Part shown: positions 9,583-19,200 of the stretch, piece by piece
How the letters are laid out: each line of letters opens with the position of its first letter
How positions within the stretch are numbered: the stretch's first letter is position 1
Sequence record: SRR20825010_708
Strand: one strand, 5' to 3'
Length of the DNA: 63,826 nucleotides
Notes under the pieces: model-generated
Database searches by the model: none
Seen by the model: the letters and a program-made list of their open reading frames with translations, nothing else
What the model was told of the DNA's origin: nothing
Program-made: the position numbers and the translations under genes

Positions 9583-12500
9583 ATGACCGCCAGCAGTAGC
9601 CAACAAACCGTCATCGCCCGTTTTATTGAAGTCGCTCAGCACCACCCCGGTCGCACCGCCGTAGCGTGGCGAGACAATCAGACCTGGAAGAAACTCACCT
9701 ATACCGAATTATTCGACAAAGCCCGGAGGATTGCCAGCGAGTTGGCAAGAGCAGGTGTAGAAGAAGGCTCTTCGGTCATACTTCCGTCAGAAAGACACCC
9801 CGACTTATGCGCCAACTTATTGGGTATACTTTTTTGTGGCGCTCATTACGTATTTATTGACGCTAATTACCCAAAAGAACGTCAACATTTCATCACTGAA
9901 GCTGTATCTGCAAAGTTTGGAATTAATGCTCCTGGATCTGATTTACTTAATCACCTTGATATTTCATGGATAAATACCCGTAATTCCCCGCAAAGTAACG
10001 TGGAAATACCGGATATCCCTGAAAACAGCGAGCGGCCAGCCTATGTCATGTTTACCTCCGGCTCGACCGGAGAGCCTAAGGGTGTGGTGGTACCCGACCG
10101 CGCAATACTTCGGCTGGTCACCAGCACCGATTTCATATCATTTTCACCAGAGCAGACGTTCCTTCAGTTATCAGCCCTGAGTTTCGATGCTTCCACGTTG
10201 GAACTCTGGGGCCCCCTGCTCAATGGTGGCACCTGCGTACTACACCCAGAGACCGGCGTACTGACACCCAACTGCATCCGGGACGTTATCCTGGAGCGTG
10301 ATGTCAGCACTCTATGGCTTACTGCCTCGCTGTTTAACACGTTCATCGCCGAATACCCTGACTACCTCAAGCCTGTTAAACAGTTATTGACAGGAGGCGA
10401 AGCGCTTTCAGTGCCACATGTGAGGAAAGCACTCGAACACCTGCCCAACACTGCCCTGTTCAACGGCTATGGGCCCACCGAGAATACAACGTTTACCACC
10501 GTATTCCCGATACCCAGGCCGCTGCCGGAAGATATCAAGCGAATTCCTATTGGGTTTCCCATTCCCGGTACCCAATGTGCTCTTGTCGATTCAGAGCTGA
10601 ACATTCTAGAGGGTCCAGATCAGACCGGTGAACTCATTGCCTTCGGCGATGGCCTCGCACTGGGTTACCTCAACAGGCCGGAATTGACCGCTGAGAAGTT
10701 CATTCAGGTGAAAGCCAAAGACGGCCGGTCGCGAACCGGCTACAGGACAGGCGATCTGGCGCAACTCAACGACGATGGTAGCTACGATTATTTAGGCAGA
10801 ATAGATAAGCAGGTTAAAATCGACGGGCACCGCATCGAGCCAGGTGAAATCGAGTACCAATTGAACAACCTTGAGTTCGTCACAGAGGCTCGGGTCATTG
10901 TTCGAATTGGACCACAAGGACAGAAACGACTCGCCGCCTACCTGGTGTCGGAATCGGGCTTCAGCACACAATCCGTCCGCCAGGCGTTGGCTGAGGTTGT
11001 CCCGGCCTACATGATTCCACACTTTATTGTCCAGGTGTCCGAATTGCCGAAGAACAAGAACGGCAAACTGGATGAAGCCCGCCTTCCGGACCCATACGCT
11101 ACGGCGCCAAAAGACGCCCCACAGGCCTCCAGAGTCACCAAGGACCGCATCCAGGAAAGCTGGAACACCATACTGAACCGCCCGGTCGAAGATACCGACA
11201 ACTTCATGGATGCCGGCGGCACCTCACTAGAAGCCCTGAAACTGGCAACCCTGCTGGAACGCACCTTTGAGGTTGAGCTCAGTGCCACGTTTGTGTTCGA
11301 GCACCCGACGATCCAGCAGCAAGCGAATTTCTTTGCAACCCGTTCCAATGCTGACGACACTGAAGCATCGGCGCGGCGCGGCGACAGGAACAACAACGAG
11401 TTTGCCATCATTGGCATGGCCTGCCGCTTTCCCGGCGCCAACAATCTGGATGAATACTGGCAGAACCTACTTGCGGGCAAGGAAACCGTCAGTTTCTTTA
11501 CCGATGACGAACTGAGCCCCGACGTCAGTGCAGAAGAACGTTCCAATCCCGCGTATGTAAAAGCCAAGGGTATTGTCGAGGGTTACGACCGCTTTGACGC
11601 CAAGTTCTTTGGTATCTCACCGATAGAAGCCCGGGTGATGGATCCGCAGCAGCGTATTCTCCTGGAACTGAGCTGGCACGCCCTTGAGGACGCCGGCATT
11701 CCTCCGGGCGATGCCCAATACCGCACCGGCGTGTTCGCTGGTATGAACTGGGCTCGTTATTACCAGCAGTATGTTCTGCCAAATAAGGAGATTATTGATA
11801 GCTACGGTGTTCTCAACTGTGGCCTCGCCAACGAGCCCGACCTGCTGAGCACCCGCATCTCCTATAAGTTGAACCTGAAGGGCCCAAGCATCAATGTCTT
11901 TACGGCGTGTTCCACGGGACTCGTCGCAGTGGCACAGGCCTGTGAAGCGATCGACAACGGCCAATGTGAGCAAGCCATCGCCGCAGGTGTGTCCATCTCA
12001 ACGCCAGTGAAGCGCGGGTACGCCTACCAGGAAGGCAGCATGCTCTCGAAAGACGGCCATTGCAGGCCTTTCGACCAGGACGCCACGGGAACCACGTTCA
12101 ACGACGGTGCCGGCGCCATCGTCCTGAAACGTCGAGACCTGGCGGAACGGGATGGCGACACTATCTACGCCGTCATCAAAGGCTATGCAGTAAATAACGA
12201 CGGCGAACAGAAGGCCAGCTTCACCGCACCCAGTGTGGCCGGCCAAGTGGCTGTTTATAAGGATGCCCTTGCCCGCGCTGCCATCGAACCTTCCTCCGTG
12301 GGTTTCATAGAAACCCACGGCACTGCGACGCCCCTGGGCGACCCCATTGAAGTGTTGTCACTGAGGCGCTGTTATTCCTCAGAGAATACCCGGGAGAAAA
12401 CCTGCGCGATCGGTTCTGTTAAATCCAACATCGGGCACGCCATCCATGCCGCCGGCCTGGCTAGCCTGATTAAATCCACTCTGGCCGTCCGTGACAACAA

Positions 12501-15500
12501 GATACCGCCCACATTGTTTTTCCAGACCGCAAACCCGAAGCTGGAGCTGGAGAAGTCCCATTTCTATGTCAATACGGCAGTGGAGGCCTGGAAGTTGCCC
12601 TCCCCCCGCCGGGCGGCGGTTACCTCTCTTGGTGTGGGCGGTACCAATGCCCACGTCATCCTGGAGGAATACGTTCCCGGACAGGCGCCCGAGCTGCCTA
12701 AAGAGATCACTCCAGAGCGCCGTTTCCCGATACTGCTATCGGCCAAGAGCAAGCCCTCACTGGAGCGACAAATCGCCCGGTATTGCGACTACTTCAGCAA
12801 CCGGAAGGATGCCCTGCTGCCGAATGTGTCCCATACCTCGATCCACGGTCGCAAGCACTTCGATCATCGGGCGATCGTGTTCGGCGGTGACCTGCCCTCC
12901 GCCATGGAGAATCTCGGCCAGGGTGTATCCTTCGCCAAGGGCCAGGCTGGTAACAACCCCAACCAGAGTGTCGGTTTTATGTTCTCTGGCCAGGGTACCC
13001 AGGCCAGACATATGGGCAAGTGGCTGTATGAGAACGCCAGCTCTTATCGGGAGACCTTTGATCGCGGTTGCAAGATCGTACTGAAAACCAGTGGGGTGGA
13101 CATACGCGGCATCCTGTTCGCCGAAGGCGACCAGAACGCCGATGACAATCTGGTCAACCAGACTTCCTTCGTGCAACCGGCCCTGTTCCTGCTCGAATTC
13201 GGACTGGCAAACTACCTGAAAGAGCATGGCGTTGCGCCCTCGTTTCTGATCGGGCACAGCATTGGCGAATTCGCCGCCGCTGCCCTTGCAGGCATCTTCA
13301 GTTTTGAGGACGCCGTGGCTCTGGTTGCCACCCGGGGCGCCCTCATGCAAAGCATGCCGGCCGGAAAAATGCTCATTGTGCGGTCAAACCCGGATGACAT
13401 CGAAGAACTCGTTGGCCAGCGGGCTGAGGTGGCTGCGGTGAATGCGCCTGGCCTTATGGTGCTCTCGGGTGAGCAGGAGGCCATCAAGGCGATCTCCGCC
13501 GAATTGTCCGAGCGGAAGATCGCCAGCACTATCCTGCAGACCAGCCATGCGTTCCACTCGTCGATGATGGACCCCATTGTTCCCGAGTTCGAAGCATTCG
13601 TATCCACGATTCAACGGCAGGCGCCCTCCATCCCTATCTATTCAACCATGACGGGCGCACTGCTGACGGATGAGGAGGCGATGTCGCCCCGGTACTGGTC
13701 GCAACAGCTCAGGAACCCGGTGCTGTTTTCCAGCGCGTTGCAGGCTCTCAGCCTTCGTCATGAAAACGATGGCGAACGAATCAGTCTCCTGGAAGTCGGG
13801 CCCGGCAACACCCTGGTCAACCTGGCGAATAGCCACCGGGAGCTTGAAGGTATTCACGCCTATCCCGCTCTCACCAACAAGGGCACCGACGAGAACGCGG
13901 AAGATGACATTTACCGCAGTATTGGCCAGCTCTGGGTCGATGGGCACGCCCTGGACTGGAACCGTTACTTTGAGGGGCTGTGGGTTTGCAAGGAACGGCT
14001 CCCGGGCTACGCGTTCTCGGACGACTCGTTCTGGCTCGGCCCGGTCAACAACGACCCCGCAAACATGACCAACAGCGTCGCCCCTTCAACGGCGGCAGCT
14101 TCGCAACTGTCTCATCTGGCTAATCCGGCAACCCCGGTTACACAGGACGTTAAAATGGACTCAAAACAGCATTCCGAAAAAATCCGCGCCGATGTCATGG
14201 CCATCATTGAAGACGTGTCGGGGTATGAACTGGGCGACGCAGACCCGGCCTCACACTTCAGTGAGGTTGGTCTGGATTCGTTGTTGCTTACCCAGGTCGC
14301 GACTGCATTGGAGCGGCAGTTTAAACTCGGGATCACATTCAGACATCTTGTGGAAGAATACACCTCCCTGGAATTGATCTCGGAGTTCATTGCCTCCCAG
14401 GTTGAGCCCGAGGTCGTCACCCAGGCCGCACCACCGTCTCAGGAGGCAGCTGGTCAGCCTCAGCCTGCTGATGGCAGCCAAATGTCCATGCCCTCCGGTG
14501 TTGATTTCAGCACTGCAATGCCCACTTCCGGTGGCCTTATACAGGATATCGTGAATGCGCAGTTGCAGATTATGCAGATGCAACTTCAGGCCCTTGGGCG
14601 ACAGGGGGCTTCAACGGCGCAGAGTGTTCCGCAAACCCAACAGGCAGCCGCATCCACGCCAGCGCCCGCTGCTGCTGCAAACAAGGAACGGGCAAGCGCC
14701 AACGAGAGCGCCGACGACACACCCAGTAAACCGGCCCACACCCCTGGCACTCGTATCACACGGGAGAAAACCAATACCGAAGTCACCTCCGCACAGCGGG
14801 AATGGATTGACCGGTTGATGACGAAATACCAGGAAAAATACGCAGGGTCCAAGAGCTACACGCAGAAGCACAGGAAACACCTGGCCGATCCGAGAAGTGT
14901 TTCCGGCTTCAATCCGGGCTGGAAAGAAGTCATTTTCCCGATTGTCACAGTGGAGTCGAAAGGATCGAAACTCTGGGATATCGACGGCAACGAGCTTATT
15001 GATACCTCCAACGGCTTCGGCCCGATTCTGTTCGGGCATTCACCGGACTTCATTTCCAACGCTGCTAAGGCCCAGATTGACCGCGGCGTGGAAACCGGTC
15101 CGCAATCCCCATTGGCGGGAGAAGTCGCTGAACTCTTCTGTGAACTTACAGGTAATGAGCGATGCACCTTTGCCTGTACAGGCTCTGAGGCAAACGTGGG
15201 CGCTCTCCGGGTTGCCCGCACGGTCACCGGGCGCACCAAGGTCGTGGCGTTCGAAGGCTCCTACCACGGCATTCACGATGAAGTGGTCATGCGGGTCGGT
15301 AAAGACCACAAGGCTCTTCCCGCCGCACCAGGAGTGCCCAGGGAAGCAACCTCAAACATGATACTCCTGCCCTGGGGCGAGCAGAGCAGCCTGGATGAGA
15401 TCCGAAAACTGGGTGACGAGATCGCCGCTGTACTGGTGGAACCGGTGCAAAGCAGGAAGCCCCAGTTCCACAGCAAGGAATACATCCAGGAAATCCGCAG

Positions 15501-16272
15501 GATTACGAAAGAAAACGGCGTCGCGCTGATCCTCGATGAGGTAGTGACCGGCTTCCGCGTTGGCCCCGGCGGTATTCGCAAACGCTTCGATGTTGATGCC
15601 GACATGATGACCTACGGCAAGGTCGTCGGCGGCGGCTATCCCATCGGCATTATCGCCGGCAAAGCCAAGTACCTGGACGCGATGGACGGGGGCTATTGGG
15701 AGTTTGGCGATGATTCCATCCCCGAGCAGGGTGTGACCTTCTTCGCCGGAACCTTTGTGCGGCACCCGCTGGCCCTGGCAGTTGCCAAAGCGGTACTTAC
15801 CAAGATCAAGGAAGACGGCGATTCGATTTACCCGGCGCTGGAAGAAAAAACCACCGCCATGGCGAGGGAAGCCAAGGCCTTCATCGAGCAACTGAAGTCC
15901 AATGTCAGCTTCGAGGAGTTTGCCTCGCTGTTCTACATTTCCATTCCCCCGACGTCTCATTGGGGGCACCTGTTGTTCCTGTCGATGACGCTCGACGGCA
16001 TCCACATCCAGCAGTACCGTCCAAACTTCCTGACAACCCAGCACTCCACCGAAGATGTGAAGAAAATACTGCAGGCGTTCAAGTCGGCCCTGGCGAACCT
16101 CATCGTCAACGGCCTGCTCGAGGGCGACCAAGTGGCGGCCAAGAAGTATCTGAGTGGCAACAGCAGCATTCCCGCAGGTGCCAGGCTGGGAAAAAATGAG
16201 AAAGGAGAGCCCGCTTACTTCATTGAAGACCCTGACAATAAAGGCGCATATGTGGAGGTGGGCCGCCCATGA
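9583..16272 (+). CDS. Hybrid NRPS-PKS: A-T-KS-AT-ACP-class III aminotransferase
   Basis: A: YVMFTSGSTGEPKG, NGYGPTE, YRTGD, LPKNKNGK. T: AGGTSL. KS: TACSTG, HGTATPLGDPIE, SNIGH. AT: GHSIGE, HAFHS. ACP: GLDSL. Aminotransferase: LILDEVVTGFR, TYGKVVGGG. Start placed at ATG 9583 (RBS AGGA) rather than 9502. Confidence 0.95.
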   Translation: MTASSSQQTVIARFIEVAQHHPGRTAVAWRDNQTWKKLTYTELFDKARRIASELARAGVEEGSSVILPSERHPDLCANLLGILFCGAHYVFIDANYPKERQHFITEAVSAKFGINAPGSDLLNHLDISWINTRNSPQSNVEIPDIPENSERPAYVMFTSGSTGEPKGVVVPDRAILRLVTSTDFISFSPEQTFLQLSALSFDASTLELWGPLLNGGTCVLHPETGVLTPNCIRDVILERDVSTLWLTASLFNTFIAEYPDYLKPVKQLLTGGEALSVPHVRKALEHLPNTALFNGYGPTENTTFTTVFPIPRPLPEDIKRIPIGFPIPGTQCALVDSELNILEGPDQTGELIAFGDGLALGYLNRPELTAEKFIQVKAKDGRSRTGYRTGDLAQLNDDGSYDYLGRIDKQVKIDGHRIEPGEIEYQLNNLEFVTEARVIVRIGPQGQKRLAAYLVSESGFSTQSVRQALAEVVPAYMIPHFIVQVSELPKNKNGKLDEARLPDPYATAPKDAPQASRVTKDRIQESWNTILNRPVEDTDNFMDAGGTSLEALKLATLLERTFEVELSATFVFEHPTIQQQANFFATRSNADDTEASARRGDRNNNEFAIIGMACRFPGANNLDEYWQNLLAGKETVSFFTDDELSPDVSAEERSNPAYVKAKGIVEGYDRFDAKFFGISPIEARVMDPQQRILLELSWHALEDAGIPPGDAQYRTGVFAGMNWARYYQQYVLPNKEIIDSYGVLNCGLANEPDLLSTRISYKLNLKGPSINVFTACSTGLVAVAQACEAIDNGQCEQAIAAGVSISTPVKRGYAYQEGSMLSKDGHCRPFDQDATGTTFNDGAGAIVLKRRDLAERDGDTIYAVIKGYAVNNDGEQKASFTAPSVAGQVAVYKDALARAAIEPSSVGFIETHGTATPLGDPIEVLSLRRCYSSENTREKTCAIGSVKSNIGHAIHAAGLASLIKSTLAVRDNKIPPTLFFQTANPKLELEKSHFYVNTAVEAWKLPSPRRAAVTSLGVGGTNAHVILEEYVPGQAPELPKEITPERRFPILLSAKSKPSLERQIARYCDYFSNRKDALLPNVSHTSIHGRKHFDHRAIVFGGDLPSAMENLGQGVSFAKGQAGNNPNQSVGFMFSGQGTQARHMGKWLYENASSYRETFDRGCKIVLKTSGVDIRGILFAEGDQNADDNLVNQTSFVQPALFLLEFGLANYLKEHGVAPSFLIGHSIGEFAAAALAGIFSFEDAVALVATRGALMQSMPAGKMLIVRSNPDDIEELVGQRAEVAAVNAPGLMVLSGEQEAIKAISAELSERKIASTILQTSHAFHSSMMDPIVPEFEAFVSTIQRQAPSIPIYSTMTGALLTDEEAMSPRYWSQQLRNPVLFSSALQALSLRHENDGERISLLEVGPGNTLVNLANSHRELEGIHAYPALTNKGTDENAEDDIYRSIGQLWVDGHALDWNRYFEGLWVCKERLPGYAFSDDSFWLGPVNNDPANMTNSVAPSTAAASQLSHLANPATPVTQDVKMDSKQHSEKIRADVMAIIEDVSGYELGDADPASHFSEVGLDSLLLTQVATALERQFKLGITFRHLVEEYTSLELISEFIASQVEPEVVTQAAPPSQEAAGQPQPADGSQMSMPSGVDFSTAMPTSGGLIQDIVNAQLQIMQMQLQALGRQGASTAQSVPQTQQAAASTPAPAAAANKERASANESADDTPSKPAHTPGTRITREKTNTEVTSAQREWIDRLMTKYQEKYAGSKSYTQKHRKHLADPRSVSGFNPGWKEVIFPIVTVESKGSKLWDIDGNELIDTSNGFGPILFGHSPDFISNAAKAQIDRGVETGPQSPLAGEVAELFCELTGNERCTFACTGSEANVGALRVARTVTGRTKVVAFEGSYHGIHDEVVMRVGKDHKALPAAPGVPREATSNMILLPWGEQSSLDEIRKLGDEIAAVLVEPVQSRKPQFHSKEYIQEIRRITKENGVALILDEVVTGFRVGPGGIRKRFDVDADMMTYGKVVGGGYPIGIIAGKAKYLDAMDGGYWEFGDDSIPEQGVTFFAGTFVRHPLALAVAKAVLTKIKEDGDSIYPALEEKTTAMAREAKAFIEQLKSNVSFEEFASLFYISIPPTSHWGHLLFLSMTLDGIHIQQYRPNFLTTQHSTEDVKKILQAFKSALANLIVNGLLEGDQVAAKKYLSGNSSIPAGARLGKNEKGEPAYFIEDPDNKGAYVEVGRP

Positions 16273-19200
16273 GTTCCGCCAGCTTCAATCCGTTCGCCGG
16301 TGGTGAACTGTTGCGGGTTGCTCCCGCAACAGGGCCGCAAAGGGAAATCATCGCCTCTGCCCAGCTTAGCGACGTTGCCAACACCGCCTTTAACGAGGCC
16401 GTATCCGTTAAGCTTTCCGGCAACCTTGATGTCAATCTGCTCCGCCAGTGTTTTGATGACCTTATCGCAAAGCACGATATTCTGAGGGCAACGTTTTCCA
16501 GGAACGGCACGGAAATCTGCCTGCACGACACCTCCACATTCCAACTGGAGGTGGAAGACCTCAATGGCGGCACTCCGAGCGAACAGGAAGCTGCCATTAG
16601 AGATCTCTGGAAGAACATCGCCATCTCCCCCATGAATCTGGAGGAAGGCCCTCTCCTGTTCGCATGGCTGATGAAGCTCGACAGCAACACCCACGAACTG
16701 GTTCTGGCCGCCCATCATATTGTCTGTGACGGCTGGTCAATCGGACTGATGCTGACCGAACTGGCCGAATCCTATGGCAGTCAACGCGCTCAATCGGACG
16801 ACAGCGGAGCGGATATCTCCTTCTTCGATTACGCGGAAATGGTGGATTCCAAAGAAATCAGCAACATCGACAACGACTACTGGATCGATCGTTTTGCCGA
16901 AGTGCCGCCAAACCTGGACCTGCCCCTGGATTACCCGCGGCCCCATTTTCGAACCTTTGAGGCGACGCGGCTGGATTACCGGATAGACCCGGAGCTTGCC
17001 AAACGCCTGCCCAAGGCAGCCGCCGCTATGAAAGTCAGCATGGTGAACATGGTGTTGGCGAGCTATTTTGTGCTGCTGCATCGCCTGACATCCAGCGACG
17101 ACATCGTGGTGGGGCTCCCCGTTGCAGGCCAGGCCACACAGAACCGACTGAAGCAAGTTGGCCACATGGTTCACCTGCTGCCAATCCGGGCCCAACTGAC
17201 CCCGGACACGCGGTTTTCTGAGCTGTGCAAACAGGTCAAGTCCGAAGTGCTCAATGCCTCCGAGCATTCAAACTTCACGTTCGGCAAGCTCATAGAAGCG
17301 ATCAACGTCGACCGCACCCGTGTTCCGCTGATCAATACCATTTTCAACATCGATCAGCCCCTGGAGTCCATCCAGTTCGGCGATATAGAAGGCAAAGTCC
17401 GGACCGTGCCCCGCGCAGCGGAGAACTTCGAGATGTTCCTGAACATCCTGCCGTCGTCCGACAGCCTCACCATCGAAGCCACTTACTCCACGGCATTGTT
17501 CAGCGAGGCCACCATCGTGTCCTGGCTTGAGGCCCTGGAAAGGATACTGGCGACCGCCACGGCGGATGTTGAGATTGCCGTGGGTAGCATTGCCCTCGCG
17601 GAACAGGAACCGAACGTGGTTCAGCGCGCCAACGACACCCAGCGCGACATGCCCCATGGAACGGTCATCGACGCCCTGCAGCACCATGTCTCAGCCACGC
17701 CCGATGCCTTCGCATGCGCGTTCGGTGACCGTAGCTGGACCTACCAGCAGCTCGATGAACGCAGTAATGCCGTGGCCGCCAGCCTTGCCAACCAAGGTAT
17801 TGCGGCCGGCAACACGGTGGCGGTCTGTGTCGAGCGCTCGGACGCTGCCCTGGCCGCTATTGTCGGCATCCTCAAGCTGGGTGCGATTTACCTGCCCCTG
17901 GACCCGGACTTTCCGGAGGCTCGATTGCAGTACATGATTGAGGACTCGGAAGCTTCCGCTGTCATCGTCGACTCACAGACGCCTGCGGCCATCGCCGGCG
18001 TGAACCTCCTCAAAGTCGATATCAATGAGGCAATTGAACCGGCGTCAGCCGAAGCGTCCCCCGTGCCACCGGTAAGAATCGACCCGGAGCAAACGGCCTA
18101 TATTATCTACACCTCCGGCTCCACCGGAAAACCCAAGGGCGTGCTGGTTCCTCACCGGGCTCTGATTAACTTTCTTGAGAGCATGTCGGACAAACCCGGT
18201 TGCACAGCCAATGACCGGCTTCTGGCGGTCACCACCTTCTCCTTCGACATCTCCTTCCTGGAGCTTTTGTTACCCCTGACTCAGGGCGCCACAACCGTGA
18301 TCGCCGACAAGGACAGCGTAAAGGACGGTGAAAAACTGCGCCGGCTGATTCTCGATCACCAGATATCAATCATGCAGGCAACCCCGGCAACCTGGCGCAT
18401 GCTGCTGGATACCGACTGGCGGCAGGATGGGGTCAGGATGAAGGGGCTCTGTGGCGGGGAACCACTGCCCCAGGATCTGGTGCGGGATCTGCTCGGGTGC
18501 CTGGACGAACTGTGGAATATGTATGGTCCGACGGAAACCACCGTCTGGTCCACTTGCCACCCATTGCGCCTGACCGACAAACTGATCTCCATCGGCAAAC
18601 CTATCCACAATACCCAGGTGCACATTCTTGACCGGGAACGCAATCCGGTGCCCCTGTCCTGCCCTGGCGAGCTGTACATCGGCGGCCTTGGGCTGGCAAC
18701 GGGCTACCACAATCGGCCCGATCTCACCTCAGAGAAGTACATTGACCATCCCCTCCACGGAAGGCTGTATGCCACCGGAGATCTGGCGAAATGGACTCCC
18801 GATGGCAACCTTCAGCATCTGGGCCGCATGGACGATCAGGTGAAGGTTCGCGGCTACCGCATTGAATTGGGTGATATTGAGTCCGCCCTCGCCGCCTGCG
18901 CTGACATTAAATCCGCCTGCGCGTATGTCTGGGAACTGGCACCGGGCGACGCACGCATCGTTGGCTGTGTGGTTTCGGAATCCGGAGACGTGCCCAATGT
19001 GGTGAGCATCCGCAAGGAACTTCGAAAACTGCTACCAGCGTACATGATCCCTCAATACATCATTGCCATCGATAGCATACCCCTGAGCCCTAGCGGCAAG
19101 ATGGACCGGCGGCGCCTGCCCAAACCGGAACTTCGAGAGTCCAGTATTCTCAAGGCCTCCGCCTTGGCAAACCAGACCGAAGAGATGATTGCCGATGTCT

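Noticed and set aside
15352-16131. 259-aa antisense ORF and other shadow ORFs within long genes
   Set aside because: They lie opposite well-supported genes, lack motifs, and are expected from codon bias in GC-rich DNA.
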